A stretch of 64,000 bases of DNA, taken from the NCBI GenBank assembly GCA_951406725.2, contig OX597832.1, positions 67,332,001-67,396,000 on the forward strand, given 5' to 3'. Numbering within the stretch: the stretch's first letter is position 1; the number at the start of each line of letters is the position of its first letter. This document shows, piece after piece, positions 45,241 through 58,991 of this stretch. Source of the stretch: Octopus vulgaris (lineage: Eukaryota). A program made the translations under genes and the position numbers. Under the pieces are notes generated by a model. That model ran no database searches and was not told the DNA's origin. It saw nothing but the letters and a program-made list of their open reading frames with translations.

Positions 45241-45987
45241 TTGAAAGCATTATTATTATTATAGTAGTATAACTTCGGGTAAATTTGTCTTGCAACACTA
45301 GCTTACACCTCCATCTTACTGAGGTATGTGTATCGGGAGGTACGTACTGAATTCTGTGGGTTTCAATGTCTTGATCATACCAATTTTTAGAGCATTGTAA
45401 TCATGGTTTCCACTTTTGTTGTTTCCAGGTTTTACGTTTGTTCCTCGTTCCTTCCCGTTTATATTCTTGTCTCTGTTGCTCTTGTTTGGTACATTTTCGT
45501 CATCATTATGCATTCCTAGGGTTTGAGTGTATTGTGTTTCGTTACTTACTTCGTTTTTGTTGCACATATTATGTCCACGGGTTTTACAATACCTGTACTT
45601 ATGTTACGAGTATCAGATATGGTTCTATGGACACTATTTGTGTTATCCTGATGAACTTTTCCTTTTAAAGAACTCTATTTCAATATCTGATATCTTCTTC
45701 GTTTGGAGAATGTACCTCATGATGTTGGCAGCAGCATGGTCGAACACACAAAGAGTGTATTACAAGAATGGTACAAACAGTTGGGTTCAAGAAGAGCAGC
45801 AGCAGCAATGGGATAGGGGACGGGGCTGAGGGGAGGATCATAGTGCTCTTAAAAACAATGACACACACACACATGTACACACACACGCTCACGCACACAG
45901 ACACATATAAGAATAATCATCATAGAAAAGCATGTAGCAAGCAGTGCAAGAACACACACAAACTCTTCGTTGGTATCATTATTATTA

Positions 45988-46083
<96 letters not shown>

Positions 46084-46749
46084 ATGTATATGTGTGTGTG
46101 TGAGTGTGTGCGCGAACTTGTGTGCGTTAACTTTTTCATGTGGATGTTTCTGCATGATCACAGATGTAGTTGAAATATATCTTCTATGGGTCATCTTCCA
46201 TATCTCCCTGTATATCACTCTCTCTCTATACTATCGTTCATTTCAGATCTTCTCTTCCTCTTCGTAAACTGTTCTTACAATGCCAGCAATTATGCGCCTC
46301 TTAATGTATTTAGATACATATGAGGACAATTCGCTACTTATAATTCTGTTTCCATTTGTTTATCACTTCTTTCACAACAATAATCAAAGCTATTTTGCAC
46401 ACTTCGTATTAATATTAATATGACATTCATACTTATCTCCCTTATTTTCATCGTCATTTTATTCATTTGTTATTTTTACTATTACACGATGTCCTCGTGT
46501 AATACGAGATACTTAACAACCTTGTAGCTCTTAATCAGAATAGGAAGCAAGATGATTCACTTAATTCCAATGGCGTTTAGTTTTATTCTGGTTCTTGAGA
46601 TATCTTACTAATTTCTCACACTACACACTTCGCAGTTTCATCTAATTCATGAACTATCTATCACTTTTTATTATCTTCAGTTTATGTTGCTGTATCTATT
46701 TTATTTATCCCAACCGGCTTTAAGCGCACTGATACGTTTTGCTTTAAGC

Positions 46750-47570
46750 GTCAACAATACTGCTACTCAAAGATAGAGTAGGCTTTGCAGAGTTTTATCG
46801 TGTAAGTGAGACCAATTCTGTTTGCTTCGCAGTTTAGCTAAAAGGCTAAATCCACTTCTATCTGCAATTTCAGTTATTATTCAAAATTCTGTTTTCTGAA
46901 TTTTGTTTTATATTTCCACCAAAACTCGGGGATATCTCTATCTATTAATTGCATGGAAAATCTCAATTAATCAATACTATTTCGAAAGGTTATCTTACAT
47001 TTCTAAGACGCCTAATGAATTTGTTGTAGATGTGTATTCGCTTGTAGCTACAAAATATAATTCGATTTCTGGTTTATACGTGTTTTCTTTTCTTGTGTTC
47101 TTCCGTCTCGGTTTATCCATTACCATGGTTTCATATTACCAGACAAATGGATCATGTAACATATTCGCTTCAAATTTGGATTCCATGCCCTCAATTTTGC
47201 TTCTAGTTATGTTTATTCTATATACATGATATGGATATTCTAGTTTGGAACAATACGTTTCACTTCAATTTCCCTCAAAGAAATAGCTGGGTTTTAAACA
47301 TATGAATGCAATATGCATTTATTGTCTCTGTTGTATTCTCTGCAACACTCCTTGGTCTTGACGTAATACGTGTTTCTAGACAGATAAGGCATTGAGTATT
47401 ATGCCTTGCTTTTTCTGAACATCATTGCCGTCGGTGCAATTATGTTCATCATCAAGGTTACAGCTTGTTTCTTTATGTAATCATCTATCTGTGAAAAGCA
47501 TGGAGCTAATAAAATTTGTGTATAAAGAATTCAAGAAGAGATTCCATTTATCTTTTGCTGCATTTGTCTC
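46750..47570 (-). mobile_element. Decayed hAT-like transposase C-terminus
   Basis: Minus frames RDIPEFWWKYKTKF and GFSLLAKLRSKQN resemble the hAT dimerisation domain. Confidence 0.4.
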
Positions 47571-47999
47571 TTTGCAATTCACAACCTTCTTACGAGGGAA
47601 GCAAGTATGGCTGTGTGGTAAGGAAGTTCGTTTTCCATCCTGTTGACCAAATGGATCTGGGTTCGACTGGACAGGAGTTGAAGCAAATATCTTCTAACAT
47701 GAACCAGAATTAATCGATATCAAAATCAATACTTACTGATTGTAGCTCTATAGAGTATATATATATATATATATATTTTTTTTTTTTTGTACTTGTTTCA
47801 GTCATTTGACTGCGGCCATGCTGGAGCACCGCCTTTAGAGTGGTGAAAGAGTACAGCAGGGATCACCACCATCCCCTGCCGGAGCCTCGTGGAGCTTTTA
47901 GGTGTTTTCGCTCAATAAACACACACAACGCCCGGTCTGGGAATCGAAACCGCGATCCTCCGACCGCAAGTCCGCTGCCCTAACCACTCGGCCATTGCG

Positions 48000-48146
<147 letters not shown>

Positions 48147-48886
48147 GTATGTACGTATGTATTACGTACGTACGTATGTGTACAAATGTATATATCAATA
48201 TCTATTTATCTATATATATTGAGCACAAATCAAAGGGTGATTCCAGGCCCCAGAGTTTCGTGCGTTGGCATTTATCAAACTCATATTTTGAGTTCCATGT
48301 TTCCGTCTGCATCAACATACATGCATATGTGGTGGCTGCCCCCTCGTTATCGAGTATGGCCATTGCACGAAGCTTAATCAATGATGTTATCGTGCAATGC
48401 CTGTGCAAAAAGATTTTTTTTAAAGCGAGGAAAGGCTGTGCACTGAGTCAATCCCACACACTAAGCAACAGCAGCCAGAATCCGAAAAGAAGAACAAGTC
48501 AACATCATCGGTAACCACTTCTCCTAGAAGGATGCCATAACAAAGGCTAGGAGTCCTTCACTCCCAATGGTTTAATCACGCGATCGGGTATTCAGTCCGA
48601 TTATTTCTCTGTCTCCGCGCATAATAAAGCCTTAAGACATTTATTAGATGGCCGTTGACTCTCAAGAATTCCTCCGCCCTTTGACGGGTTTTGTTTTTCA
48701 TCCTGTAGGGTGTCCAATAAACACCCTCCTCACCAAGTAAGCTTGGTGGGGTTGCCTGTTTAGTCGCCGACGACCCGACCATGCATTAGGTCGTACTGGG
48801 TTACCTGTTACCAGTAGCACTCGAAAGTGACCTGACATACATACATACATACATACATATATACAAACATACATACATATATCCAT

Positions 48887-48951
<65 letters not shown>

Positions 48952-48953
<2 letters not shown>

Positions 48954-49560
48954 ACAATATTAAGGAATGGCCTTGATAGGCCATTCGATCCACTAGAAAG
49001 AGCAGCTAAACTCAAACCGCTAAATAGTTGTAATTCAGAAACCAAAGGAAAATAAAAACATTTACCCTCATCATCTTTGGACTATGCATAGTTTCGACAT
49101 ACATATTGGCAAACCGATTTAATTAAATTAAATTAAATCTATTTGCCACTGGCCTGTCTCGTCAGCAAAGAAACCAGGGAAATATATATCCACGAGGCGG
49201 CAGCATCGACGCCTTGAGAATATATATTCAAAATTTTCAAAATCTACCGTCTCCACGCCACTTATCAGCAGCAAATATAAACTGCTGATTTAATTTCAGA
49301 ATTAGCCAAAAAATCATTAATTAATCAATATCAGGGTAGCAAAAAATTCAAGAGAAATTTTTCGCCACCAGCGGTCCAGTGAGAAAGAAAAAATAGTCAA
49401 CATACTATATAATATACATTCAACAATATTAATGGCCTATCAAGGCCATTCCTTAATATTGTTGAATGTATATTATATAGTCTATTGACTATTTTTTCTT
49501 TCTCACTGGACCGCTGGTGGCGAAAAATTTCTCTTGAATTTTTTGCTACCCTGATATTGA
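48952..49560. mobile_element. TA-flanked non-coding hammerhead element: 469-bp unit plus terminal fold-back
   Basis: CAACAATATTAA at 48952 and 49421. Hairpin arms 49325-49432 and 49453-49560. 49431-49464 is the reverse complement of 48952-48985. Confidence 0.85.
49074..49171 (-). ncRNA. Type I hammerhead ribozyme, long stem II
   Basis: Minus strand: stem I UCUUUG/CAAAGA, core CUGACGA, stem II GACA..UGGCAAA..GAUUUAAUU/AAUUAAAUC..UUUGCCA..UGUC, GAAA, stem III ACUAUGCAUAGU (palindrome), site GUC. Confidence 0.9.
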
Positions 49561-49584
49561 TATATATATATATATATATATATA

Positions 49585-49973
49585 CACTTTTATTCTTTTA
49601 CTTTTTTCAGTCATTTGATAGCGGGTATGCTGGAGCACTGCCTTTACTCTAACAAATCAACCACATAACTTATTCTCTGTAAGCCTAGTGCTTATTTTAT
49701 CGTTTGCTTTTGCCGAGCCGCTAAGTACCGGGGATGTAGACACACCCACATCGATTGTCAATCGATGGTAGGGGAAAACATACACACAAATACATACATA
49801 CATGCATATATACGACAGGCTTCTTTCAGTTTCTATCAACCAAATCCACACACAAAGCTTTGGTCGAACCGAGGATATAGTAAAAATATTTGCTCACGGT
49901 GCCATGCAGTAGGACCGAACCCCGGAACCATGTGCTTGGGAAGCAGGCTTCTTACCACACTGCCACTGCTGCA
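49585..49973 (-). mobile_element. SINE, family B
   Basis: Reverse-complement homolog of the 42568 and 56721 copies. Confidence 0.8.
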
Positions 49974-49977
49974 CCTA

Positions 49978-51798
49978 TCTCTCTATATATAAAACTGAGA
50001 ATGTGTGTCTGTATGTCTGTCTGTCTGTGTGTTTCCCTAAAACTTGAGAACTACGCAACCAATTTCATTTAAATTTTACACATGCCTTACTTAGGGTCCG
50101 GGGAGTGTCATCGGCAAAACTTTTTTTAAACTTTTTGCCTAGGGCGAGCCCACGGCAATATCATATCTTCTCCACTACGATTCTCTAAAACTTGAGAACT
50201 ACGTAACCAATTCCATTCAAAGTTTACACATGCCTTACTTAGGGTCCATGTAGTTTCATGGGCAAATAAAATGTTCAACTTCTTGCCTAGGGCGAGCCCA
50301 TAGCAATATCATATCTTCTCCACTATTTCAGAACTATGTGTTAAAAGAGAAACAAAAACATTTCTCTATTTTATGTCAGATACTTTCACTTTAACAATAA
50401 AAATTAGAGATAATAATAACAATTGAATTATATGTAGTCAGTAATAATTAAAATCAAACTAAAGTATAATATAATCGTAACATAAGTGCCCCAGCATGGC
50501 CACAGCTCGTAGGCTGGAACTGGAATCAATCAATCAATCATAACAAAAAGTAAAATTAGCAATTGGTATAAAATAGCATCAATGACTTGAACTTGAATAA
50601 GTGGTTTCACATGAATGGGAATAAATTAAAAATAAAATTAGTGTGCAGAAATGGAATAGTCCAGATGGAGCTGTGCACATACCGTTTACCACGGCTTTTA
50701 CATTAGATTATCTGCCAATTGGCTAGCAGTAAGTATCTATATGAAGTTTGGCTGTATGTAATGTCTGTTTTCTCGAACAGCCGCTTCTACTGAGTACTGT
50801 TGTTGGTTTATTTCTTATACATAAAGGACTATAGCTTCAACAGAGTACTGCTTTTTGATTCACCGTAAGGTTTGTTGTTATTATTATTACTGTTTAACTA
50901 TTGTTATCATGTTTGTTGGTTCCTCGTAATGGAAACGTTGTTGTGTTGCATTTGTTAAATAATTGTAGACTGTAACCCTCCCCCTTTGGGAGAAGGAACT
51001 TCGGTTATTGTTTAAAAATTGAATTGTTTCCCTGTTTGGGGAAATTGACAATATTTTCGCCGTTTATACGGAAGCATTTTTGTTAGAATACCTTCAATAG
51101 AAGAGAGTCCAAAAAGGAATTTCGCTGCAGCCGTCGGCGGGCGCGAAATCATTAAAATTAAAATGGAAGAAATACAAACCTATTTCGGATTGATCACCGA
51201 CAAAGCCGGTGAATCTAGGATAATACCACCAAACGAAATAAAAAATTAAATTAAAGAAAAGACTATTGTCTATAACGTATACAAAGTAGAGAAAAAGAAA
51301 AGATTTGAACACCTGGAGGAAAGCACCATCGAAGAGTGGCTTGGTGCGACTAGGAAAGATATCTAACCAGAGGCGGTAAATTCGCCACAATAGAAGCAAG
51401 GTCCGAGTCAACAGAGTGTGCAAGGGAGTACTTGACTCGAACCTTGCAAAGTGGAAATATTTTACTTTTACCTTTGTATCTGGAACGTAGGACGTCTCGG
51501 ATAAAAATTTAAACTGTCCCCCAGAAGTAGAGTTAGGCTGGATTGTAGCCACACTTCTATACAAAAGGGAGGACAAGATACCATTGAATGCAATTGCAAG
51601 AGACGGGCCTACAATTCCAGTCTGTTATATATTATGAGTATTGTTATCATTAGCGATATCAAGATATAACTTTGTATTTTGTATTTTATGTGTAGATGTA
51701 TATATATATAGATGTACATATAATATGTACACATATATATATATACATATATACATGCACTAGCACTATGACCCGGCGACGACGGGTCATAATGCTAG
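49978..51798 (+). mobile_element. Putative non-autonomous Helitron
   Basis: A|TC(TC)TCTATATATAAAA 5' end, (CTGT)n, two ~148-bp tandem units (~50036-50327), and a 3' hairpin GACCCG..CGGGTC followed by CTAG|T. That the two ends belong to one element is inferred. Confidence 0.5.
51095..51600 (+). mobile_element. Possible LINE ORF1-like coding remnant
   Basis: Protein-like plus frames MEEIQTYFGLITDKAG, EKTIVYNVYKVEK, KFATIEAR and VPPEVELGWIVATLL with stops. Family assignment is tentative. Confidence 0.35.
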
Positions 51799-51844
51799 TA
51801 CATTATATTTGTCTTCATATTTAGTCATAGAAATCATTTTTCAT

Positions 51845-51886
51845 TCACCTGATGAGGATGGCTGGACTGGCTGGAACTTAAAGTGA
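51845..51886 (+). ncRNA. Degenerate minimal hammerhead remnant
   Basis: UCAC-CUGAUGA-...-GGAAC-UUAAA-GUGA. Stem I and the first core strand are intact; stem II and GAAA have decayed. Confidence 0.35.
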
Positions 51887-51984
51887 CTGTCAACAACATT
51901 CTTGTATCATATATATATATACATGTGTGTATGCGCACAAACATTTATATATAAGAGACACGCCCAGGACGAATACCGACATAC

Positions 51985-52774
51985 GTTGTCTCTTAGATGG
52001 AACATACTACAATATCTGACAATTATTTCCAGAAATACAATGAAGTTAACTCTAAGACGTTCTGGAAAGAAGTAAGGTGGCATCACATGTCCTTCATTCC
52101 TTACATTCCCCAAAACCACGACAGTTGCAGGAAATTTTTGTATCCATAACACTTGGAACTTTAGAAGTGTCTGCACATAACCATCTCTCATTCCTTCTGT
52201 TAACTTTTTGATCTTGGTAGAAGTGTTTCTCGTTTGAGAAAAACTAAGTCAAAAATTCTTTCGCTGGATTTGTCAGCTTGTTTAAGAGCTTTTTAGTTCT
52301 GATATTCTTTTGGTTGTTCTAACAAATTAACCATTCCGCATCATATAAGACCAATATCTGATGTTTTCGTGGACAACATTTCTGACTGTTCGTTCTGACA
52401 CATGCAAATCTATTGCAATTGACCTCATAGATTTTCTGGGATTGTATTCAATGGTCAGGAAAATTTCAGGTGCTCTGATGACTTCAGAGCGTTGTTATGC
52501 TTGTTATGCTTTGATATTGGCGATGTGTTTCCATTTTCAGTCTCTAGCTCCTTAAAACTTTGTGGACGAAGGTTCTTGCAACTTTCAAATATCGAAATAT
52601 TTCTAAATCGCTATGCTCAGCCTTGCTAACCACAATAACAGCATGCTTCTTCATTTCTTGAGTAAGCTGAGTGTCTGTCATTATCATTTTCTGAAACAAA
52701 GATTATACAGACTTAGAAAAGGATGCAGCAATGACCTGAAAAAGGTACGTCCTCAAATACCTTATACACCCTGT
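51985..52774 (-). mobile_element. maT/DD37D-like Tc1-mariner remnant
   Basis: KFPATVVVLGNVRNEGHVMPPYFFPERLRVN; terminus ACACCCTG-TA at ~52766-52775. Confidence 0.65.
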
Positions 52775-52891
52775 ATAGATAGAGACATGTATACATACAT
52801 GCTGATACGTATATGAAGAGATATATCTACCTACAAATAATACATAGACATCTAGGCAGACATTCATACGTAGAGAAATATACTTACGAAG

Positions 52892-52928
<37 letters not shown>

Positions 52929-53000
52929 ACCGTATACAACAATACACCAATATACTCTCAAGTCAGAGGAAAACAATCGCCAACGATTTACATGTGGTTA

Positions 53001-53117
<117 letters not shown>

Positions 53118-54599
53118 TAGTTTTCAAGGCAGAACATGTATCAAAACGGTGTTTTATGGATGTCATTCCGACACATTTGTGTTTCAATGAATTATAGACA
53201 TCCTCGTGTCAAGCTCACCACAGGAAATGAAGTGAACGACATATTCTCTTGTTGGCAGTCTATAATCAATGACTCTCTTATTCACAATCTTCTACATAAC
53301 ATACGTATATATAAACAACATTTCGTTCTTGGTTTTATTGCCTTCTTATATAAAGTGCCGATTCAGAAGAGGCTATTTTCTCATATATTTATTACAATCA
53401 TGTCCTTCCCTTCAATACTTCTCTCTGTGCAAATATTTCTCCTCAAAATCTTATTAACAACCTCCAGCAAATAAGCCGGTTTCTTTTCGTTGTAGGAATA
53501 CATTTTGAAACTAAGAACGAACATTAAAATGGCCAATTCCTTTGTTACGTTTCGATAGAATAATTTACACGTTTTCTAATGTATAATACGTTTGGACAAA
53601 AGCAATAACAAATAGAAACGTAGATAAAGAATCTACTTAGAAAATATCTATATATACTCAATTCGAATAGCTTTCTTTGTTAACATGTTAACTCGACAAG
53701 CCAAGACGCCATTTAGCACGAATAGAATTGCTGTATTTCATGAATGTAGCTAAATATTTTCAGGCAGTAAAGAATTCAGAAATGAAGATCTTTGAATACT
53801 CTTTATAGTAGGTTGTTGATCAAACCAATTATTAGTTTGTGTTTCTTTGTTTCACCGCCTTAGCAATAATCTTCTCAATAATGTAAAGATCACTTGTTGC
53901 TCGTCATCTCCCTCAGTATCTTGTCATTTATTGAGTACGTTTTCAACTTCTATGAATCGTATCAACCAGCAAATCTGTTCGAGCAAAGCAATGACCATAT
54001 GTATTCCAGTCGTGACCATCTCGTCTATACGTTTCATTTTCTTTAAGACATTCTACAGATATATGTGTTATCTCATGGATAAACATATTTTTGAAAAACT
54101 AACCTTATTCAAGACCATGAAATACAATACCAGCCATGACGATACGATAGGACTGACTGCAGCCTGTCTAGAATGCCACACGCTATACGATCTGTTTGTA
54201 GGTATCAGCGTGACCGAAGACCATGTTGAAGAAAGACTGTAAATGGAAACAGTTTTACGGATGACTATGTCTAGTCTTTCAGCCAACCTCCGCTTTATTA
54301 TAATTCCGTGACATTATCTCAGACCTAGAGCAATAAAACGAGATTACCAACATATGATACGTTTATATAATATATTTTGTCATTTTACTTTTAATATTTC
54401 AATCTGATTTCGTGCTTAACATCCAGCTCGTTTCATTTCCATAATATGTTTTCAATATATTTGATATCTTCCCAAATTAAAAACTTTGATCAGTGCAGAG
54501 GCAGTGCATTTCGAATTTGATATTTTTCCGTTTAGAATCATTAGGAAAGTTTATTTTAGTTTATCTCAAAAAAATCAATGCAGTTAATCAAAGTAATCA

Positions 54600-55430
54600 A
54601 AGAAAGGACGACTGAACTTCAGTGCAAGTTCAGTCATCATTTCATCCTGTTGGTTGATATATGCATCCTTTGTAATTGACGTACCAAGTCTCCTGAAGCT
54701 GTAGGGGATGACACCAGCGCTGGACCACCAAACAGACACTAGTACCATTTTCGGTGAATATTCCTTTTTGGATTGTGCTTTGGCGCGTCCTTCCTATCCA
54801 GCCATCATGCAGAACGCTTGCTATTGTTGAAAAGAATCTATTTTTCCTCTCACGTCAAAATACGATGTAAAAACTGTTCGTGTTTATGCTGTGACAGCAA
54901 AGAACAGCAAGTTTCAAGATGACGTGTAATTTGATGCTCTTTCAGTTCGTGTGGTACCCATTTATCTAGCTTATTTACCTTGCCAATATTTATTTCAAGT
55001 GGTCCAATACATTTGGAATCGAATCATGAAACCTTGCAGCTAACTCACACGTAGTTTTAGATGTATCCGCTTCTAATACAGCTTCCAGCTCATTATTATC
55101 CATCTTTGATTCAGGTCTACAACGGAGCTGATTTTCAAGAGGAAAATCACCAGACCAGAACTTCTCAAACCATCGTCGTACAGTGCGCTCACTCGCCACA
55201 TCTTCACCAAACACCTCATTGATGTTTCGAGCTGTCTGGGATGCATTGCTTCCACGACGAAGTACATGTTCATAAACATCACGAATTTTTTATCTATCCA
55301 TGGGTTCACAAAAAACTCACAATACAAGCAGACACCATGAATTGCATTTCGGAAAGTGATGATGTAACTTTCTTCAATGTCCTAAGACAAAGAATATCCC
55401 GGATAAAACAGTAGAGTTAACGACTGTCAA
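54600..55430 (-). mobile_element. Decayed mariner
   Basis: FGEDVASERTVRRWFEKFWSGDF, LEADTSKTTCELAARF and KLDKWVPHEL. Confidence 0.8.
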
Positions 55431-56720
55431 ACTTGTTGCGTATATATGTCTATATGTATGCATGCATGCATTTATGCCTACCGTAGAATGTTGCTTGAGA
55501 TACCTACACAGTAATAAGTTTATTCTCCAGAGCTTGGATGTCCTTTATGTTCTCAAACTTATATTATAGTTTTCGTCAGTTAACATAAATTCCTTTTATT
55601 TTTCATTATACAACTTACTTTGTTTTCACTTCTTTATTCTCATATAGATATCACAGATGGGTTTGGAAGCTCCATCTAAAAATCAAAGGATTAACAACAA
55701 GATAACATCTGTGTAAACATGACACATCATAATCATGCTTATCGTCTCGGGGTTTCTATTTAATATTCTTACATTGGTTTGTTATATTGGATCTGGCATA
55801 ACAGCCTGCAGAAATGTCGTTTAGAAAATATTCCAATTAGCTTGAGTATCTGCGCGTAAATTTTATTTCATTTGACACTGTTTAGTCAGAGATAGAATTA
55901 AAATAATTTTTGAAACTGGCATTGTTTTAGAATAGCAAGAACAGGAAAAATAAAAAGAATATGAAAACAAATTAAAAATTGCCATTACTAACTTCGTATA
56001 ATTTGCATTCGGAGTTAGTTTTCAAGAAACAAAAATAATAAATCATTAACAACTAATTGCAAAAGCGCAGATGTTTGTTACGTGATAGCATATCGCGTTC
56101 AAACATGTCTAATTCTGATTAGACATGTTTAGAGAAAACAAAACATAAAGGTGGCCAACACTATACAACAAAGACACACATAAACGCACACACGCACACA
56201 AAAACACAGGGTACAGAGGCTGTCAAAATGTCGAAACCTTACGTAAGACAAATTTATTAGAACTCGACCAAATAGTTTTCACTTAAAGGATTTGGTGAGT
56301 TGACAAGTAAACGAAATAACGAAGACTCGGTTTGGTAGATATTCAGTTCAGATTATCTTTTATTTTGTCAACTACAACTCGTATAGACAAAAGATTATAC
56401 AGGAGATGAAAACGATGAAGATATCTTTCAATGTTCCGAGACTTCTTCGAAAGACTGAAAAAAAGTGATAAGGTTTATTTTACGTATTGGTCCAATCTTT
56501 GCATTGGCATTGACTGCCATGGAATTGATTTCGGTTTTCTTATTCTTCTTCCCTTTATTTCATAACCAGTCTTTATCACGACGTAACTGTATGCATCGAA
56601 AGGTAATTGGCAATGAGGATTAACTGATTGCGATACCAACTGGGCGTCTTCGAACATAAGCCTTCATGAACTTTTGTAGACAAAGACTATGGAAATAGCT
56701 ATTGTATGCATAGTGTATGT

Positions 56721-57112
56721 GCAGGAGTGGCTGTGTGGAAAGTAGCTTGCTTACCAGCCACATAGTTCCGGGTTCAGTCCCACTGCGTGACATCTTGGGC
56801 AAGTGTCTTCTGCTATAGCCTCGGGGCGACCAATGCCTTGTGAGTGGATTTGGTAAACGGAAACTGAAAGAAGCCTGTCGTTTATATGTATATATATATA
56901 TGTATGTGTGTGTATGTTTGTGTGTCTGTGCTTGTCCCCCTAGCATTGCTTGACAACCGATGCTGGTGTGTTTACATCCCCGTAACTTAGCGGTTCAGCA
57001 AAAAGACTGATAGATAAATACTAAGCTTACAATGAATAAGTCCTCGGGTCGATTTGCTCGACTAAAAGCGGTGCTCCAGCATGGCCGCAGTCAAATGACT
57101 GAAACAAATAAA
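56721..57112 (+). mobile_element. SINE, family B (full length)
   Basis: GCAGGAGTGGCTGTGTGG...GGGTTCAGTCCC...GCTCCAGCATGGCCGCAGTCAAATGACTGAAAC. Confidence 0.85.
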
Positions 57113-57206
57113 GGTGTAAATGAATATATGTATATATATAAATATATACGTTTAAATATTTGTTGTGTAAGATTTTTTATGTGAAGCCGTGTGTTGAAAC
57201 AGATAT

Positions 57207-57374
57207 TGTTATATTTCGGAATGGTCATATTGCCAGTTTAGCCAATAACTCTGGCCGAAATAAGATTAAGATTAATGTAAAAAATAAATATCTCTGAAGC
57301 AAAATAACACCAAATATATAGTGCGTGTGTTTTTATTGGCTAAACTGGCATTATGACCATTCCGAAATATAACA
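57207..57374. repeat. 42-bp inverted repeat (57207-57248 and 57333-57374) abutting (TA)n
   Basis: TGTTATATTTCGGAATGGTCATATTGCCAGTTTAGCCAATAA and its reverse complement with one mismatch. Confidence 0.85.
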
Positions 57375-57850
57375 TATATATATATATATATATATAAAAT
57401 AAAAGAAATAAATAAGATTCAGTTGAATTAGATATTTAAGCTGAAGCACCTGTTCAGTCCGGTATTATCAGCACAGCTCGAAGTAAGTTGAATAAAATCA
57501 AATAAAGCCGCAGGATATCAAGTAGTAATGCAGTACTCCCGTTTCAAGCGGATCCATTCAATTGAACAATGCAATCACTACATCAATTTGAATGCAGTGC
57601 CTGTTTTATTTATTTTATTATATTTTAAAATTTTATTTTCATGTTATTTCTTTTAATTTTAGTTTACTTTCGCTTTCATTCATTTCATTCATCTATTCTG
57701 TTCCTTTCTTTTGTCTCTTTCTCCCTTCTCCTCTATTCACTCATGACCCATATCTGTCTATCATGATGTCTGTCTTTTTCCCTCTACATACCCACGTGGA
57801 CCATTTACATACGAGCTAACCACTCAACGCATTACTTCAACATGAATAGT

Positions 57851-58070
57851 TTCTTTATTGCCCACAAGGGGCTAAACATAGAGGGGACAAAAAAGGACAG
57901 ACAAACGGATTAAGTCGATTACATTGACCCCAGTGCGTAACTGGTACTTAATTTATCGACCCCGAAAGGATGAAAGGCAAAGTCGACCTCGGCGGAATTT
58001 GAACTCAGAACGCAACGACAGACGCAATACCGCTAAACATTTCGCCCGGTGTGATAACGTTTCTGCCTGC
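57851..58070 (-). mobile_element. SINE, family A (young copy)
   Basis: CTGGTACTTAATTTATCGACCCCGAAAGGATGAAAGGCAAAGTCGACCTCGGCGGAATTTGAACTC. Confidence 0.85.
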
Positions 58071-58435
58071 CTGGGTTTACCTACGATTATACCTAAGGGC
58101 TTACAATTTTACGGAGATACGAACCAAGTTAGATGCCCTCTGGAAAAAGATGAACAGTGGACTTTATTCTCCTGTCACTAATTTATTCTGTCTACGTTTA
58201 ATCTTTATTGTCCCATTTTATTCTTTATAATCTGTGAGTTTCCTTGTCTAAAACTTTAATACATTCTCATCTAGTATCTAATGACGGAATGCCGAGTGTA
58301 TAGACATGGTAGCCTATCACTTGGGATATCCCAGACATAGCTGTAACATTTTACTCGCACCTTATCCTAATTAAACCATTGTAAATGACTTGAAATATTC
58401 ATTCTGCCTTAGTTTTTGCTGTCCTCTTTCCTTTG

Positions 58436-58471
<36 letters not shown>

Positions 58472-58533
58472 GTGTGTGTGTGTGTATGTATATAGATTAT
58501 GTTCAAGATGAAATACATTCATATAGGTATAAT

Positions 58534-58564
<31 letters not shown>

Positions 58565-58565
58565 C

Positions 58566-58991
58566 GCGAGAATGAAGCAACAAGAATGGATAGGTTTTTA
58601 GTACAATCGTTTCATACAAGGACAGGTTTTATTAAAAGTTGCAAAAATTACAGCATATAAACGTGTCCCGTACTCATCAGCTAAAATACATGTGAGTTCT
58701 CTAGACATCCTAGTGGTTGAGGCTATGAGTATAGCCTCAACCACTAGGATGTCTAGAGAACTCACATGTATTTTAGCTGATATACGTTTATATGCTGTAT
58801 TTTTGCAACTTTTAATAAAACCTGTCCTTGTATGAAACGATTGTACTATATCCATTCTTGTTGCTTCATTCTCGCTTATAATCACCCCACATTACTGTAT
58901 TGTTAAATCAGTATAGTCTTTTTGGTGCATCTAAGTTAGGTACCATATTCAAGTAAATTCATTTAAATTAACTTGAATCTTTATTGCTTTT

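Noticed and set aside
48200-48830. Possible RTE LINE 5' UTR with an HDV-like ribozyme
   Set aside because: Repeat-like, but I could not build the nested pseudoknot or find an ORF by eye.
57525-57560. Minus-strand GAAAC-GGGA-GUA resembling a hammerhead 3' half
   Set aside because: No CUGANGA or matching stem I partner upstream.
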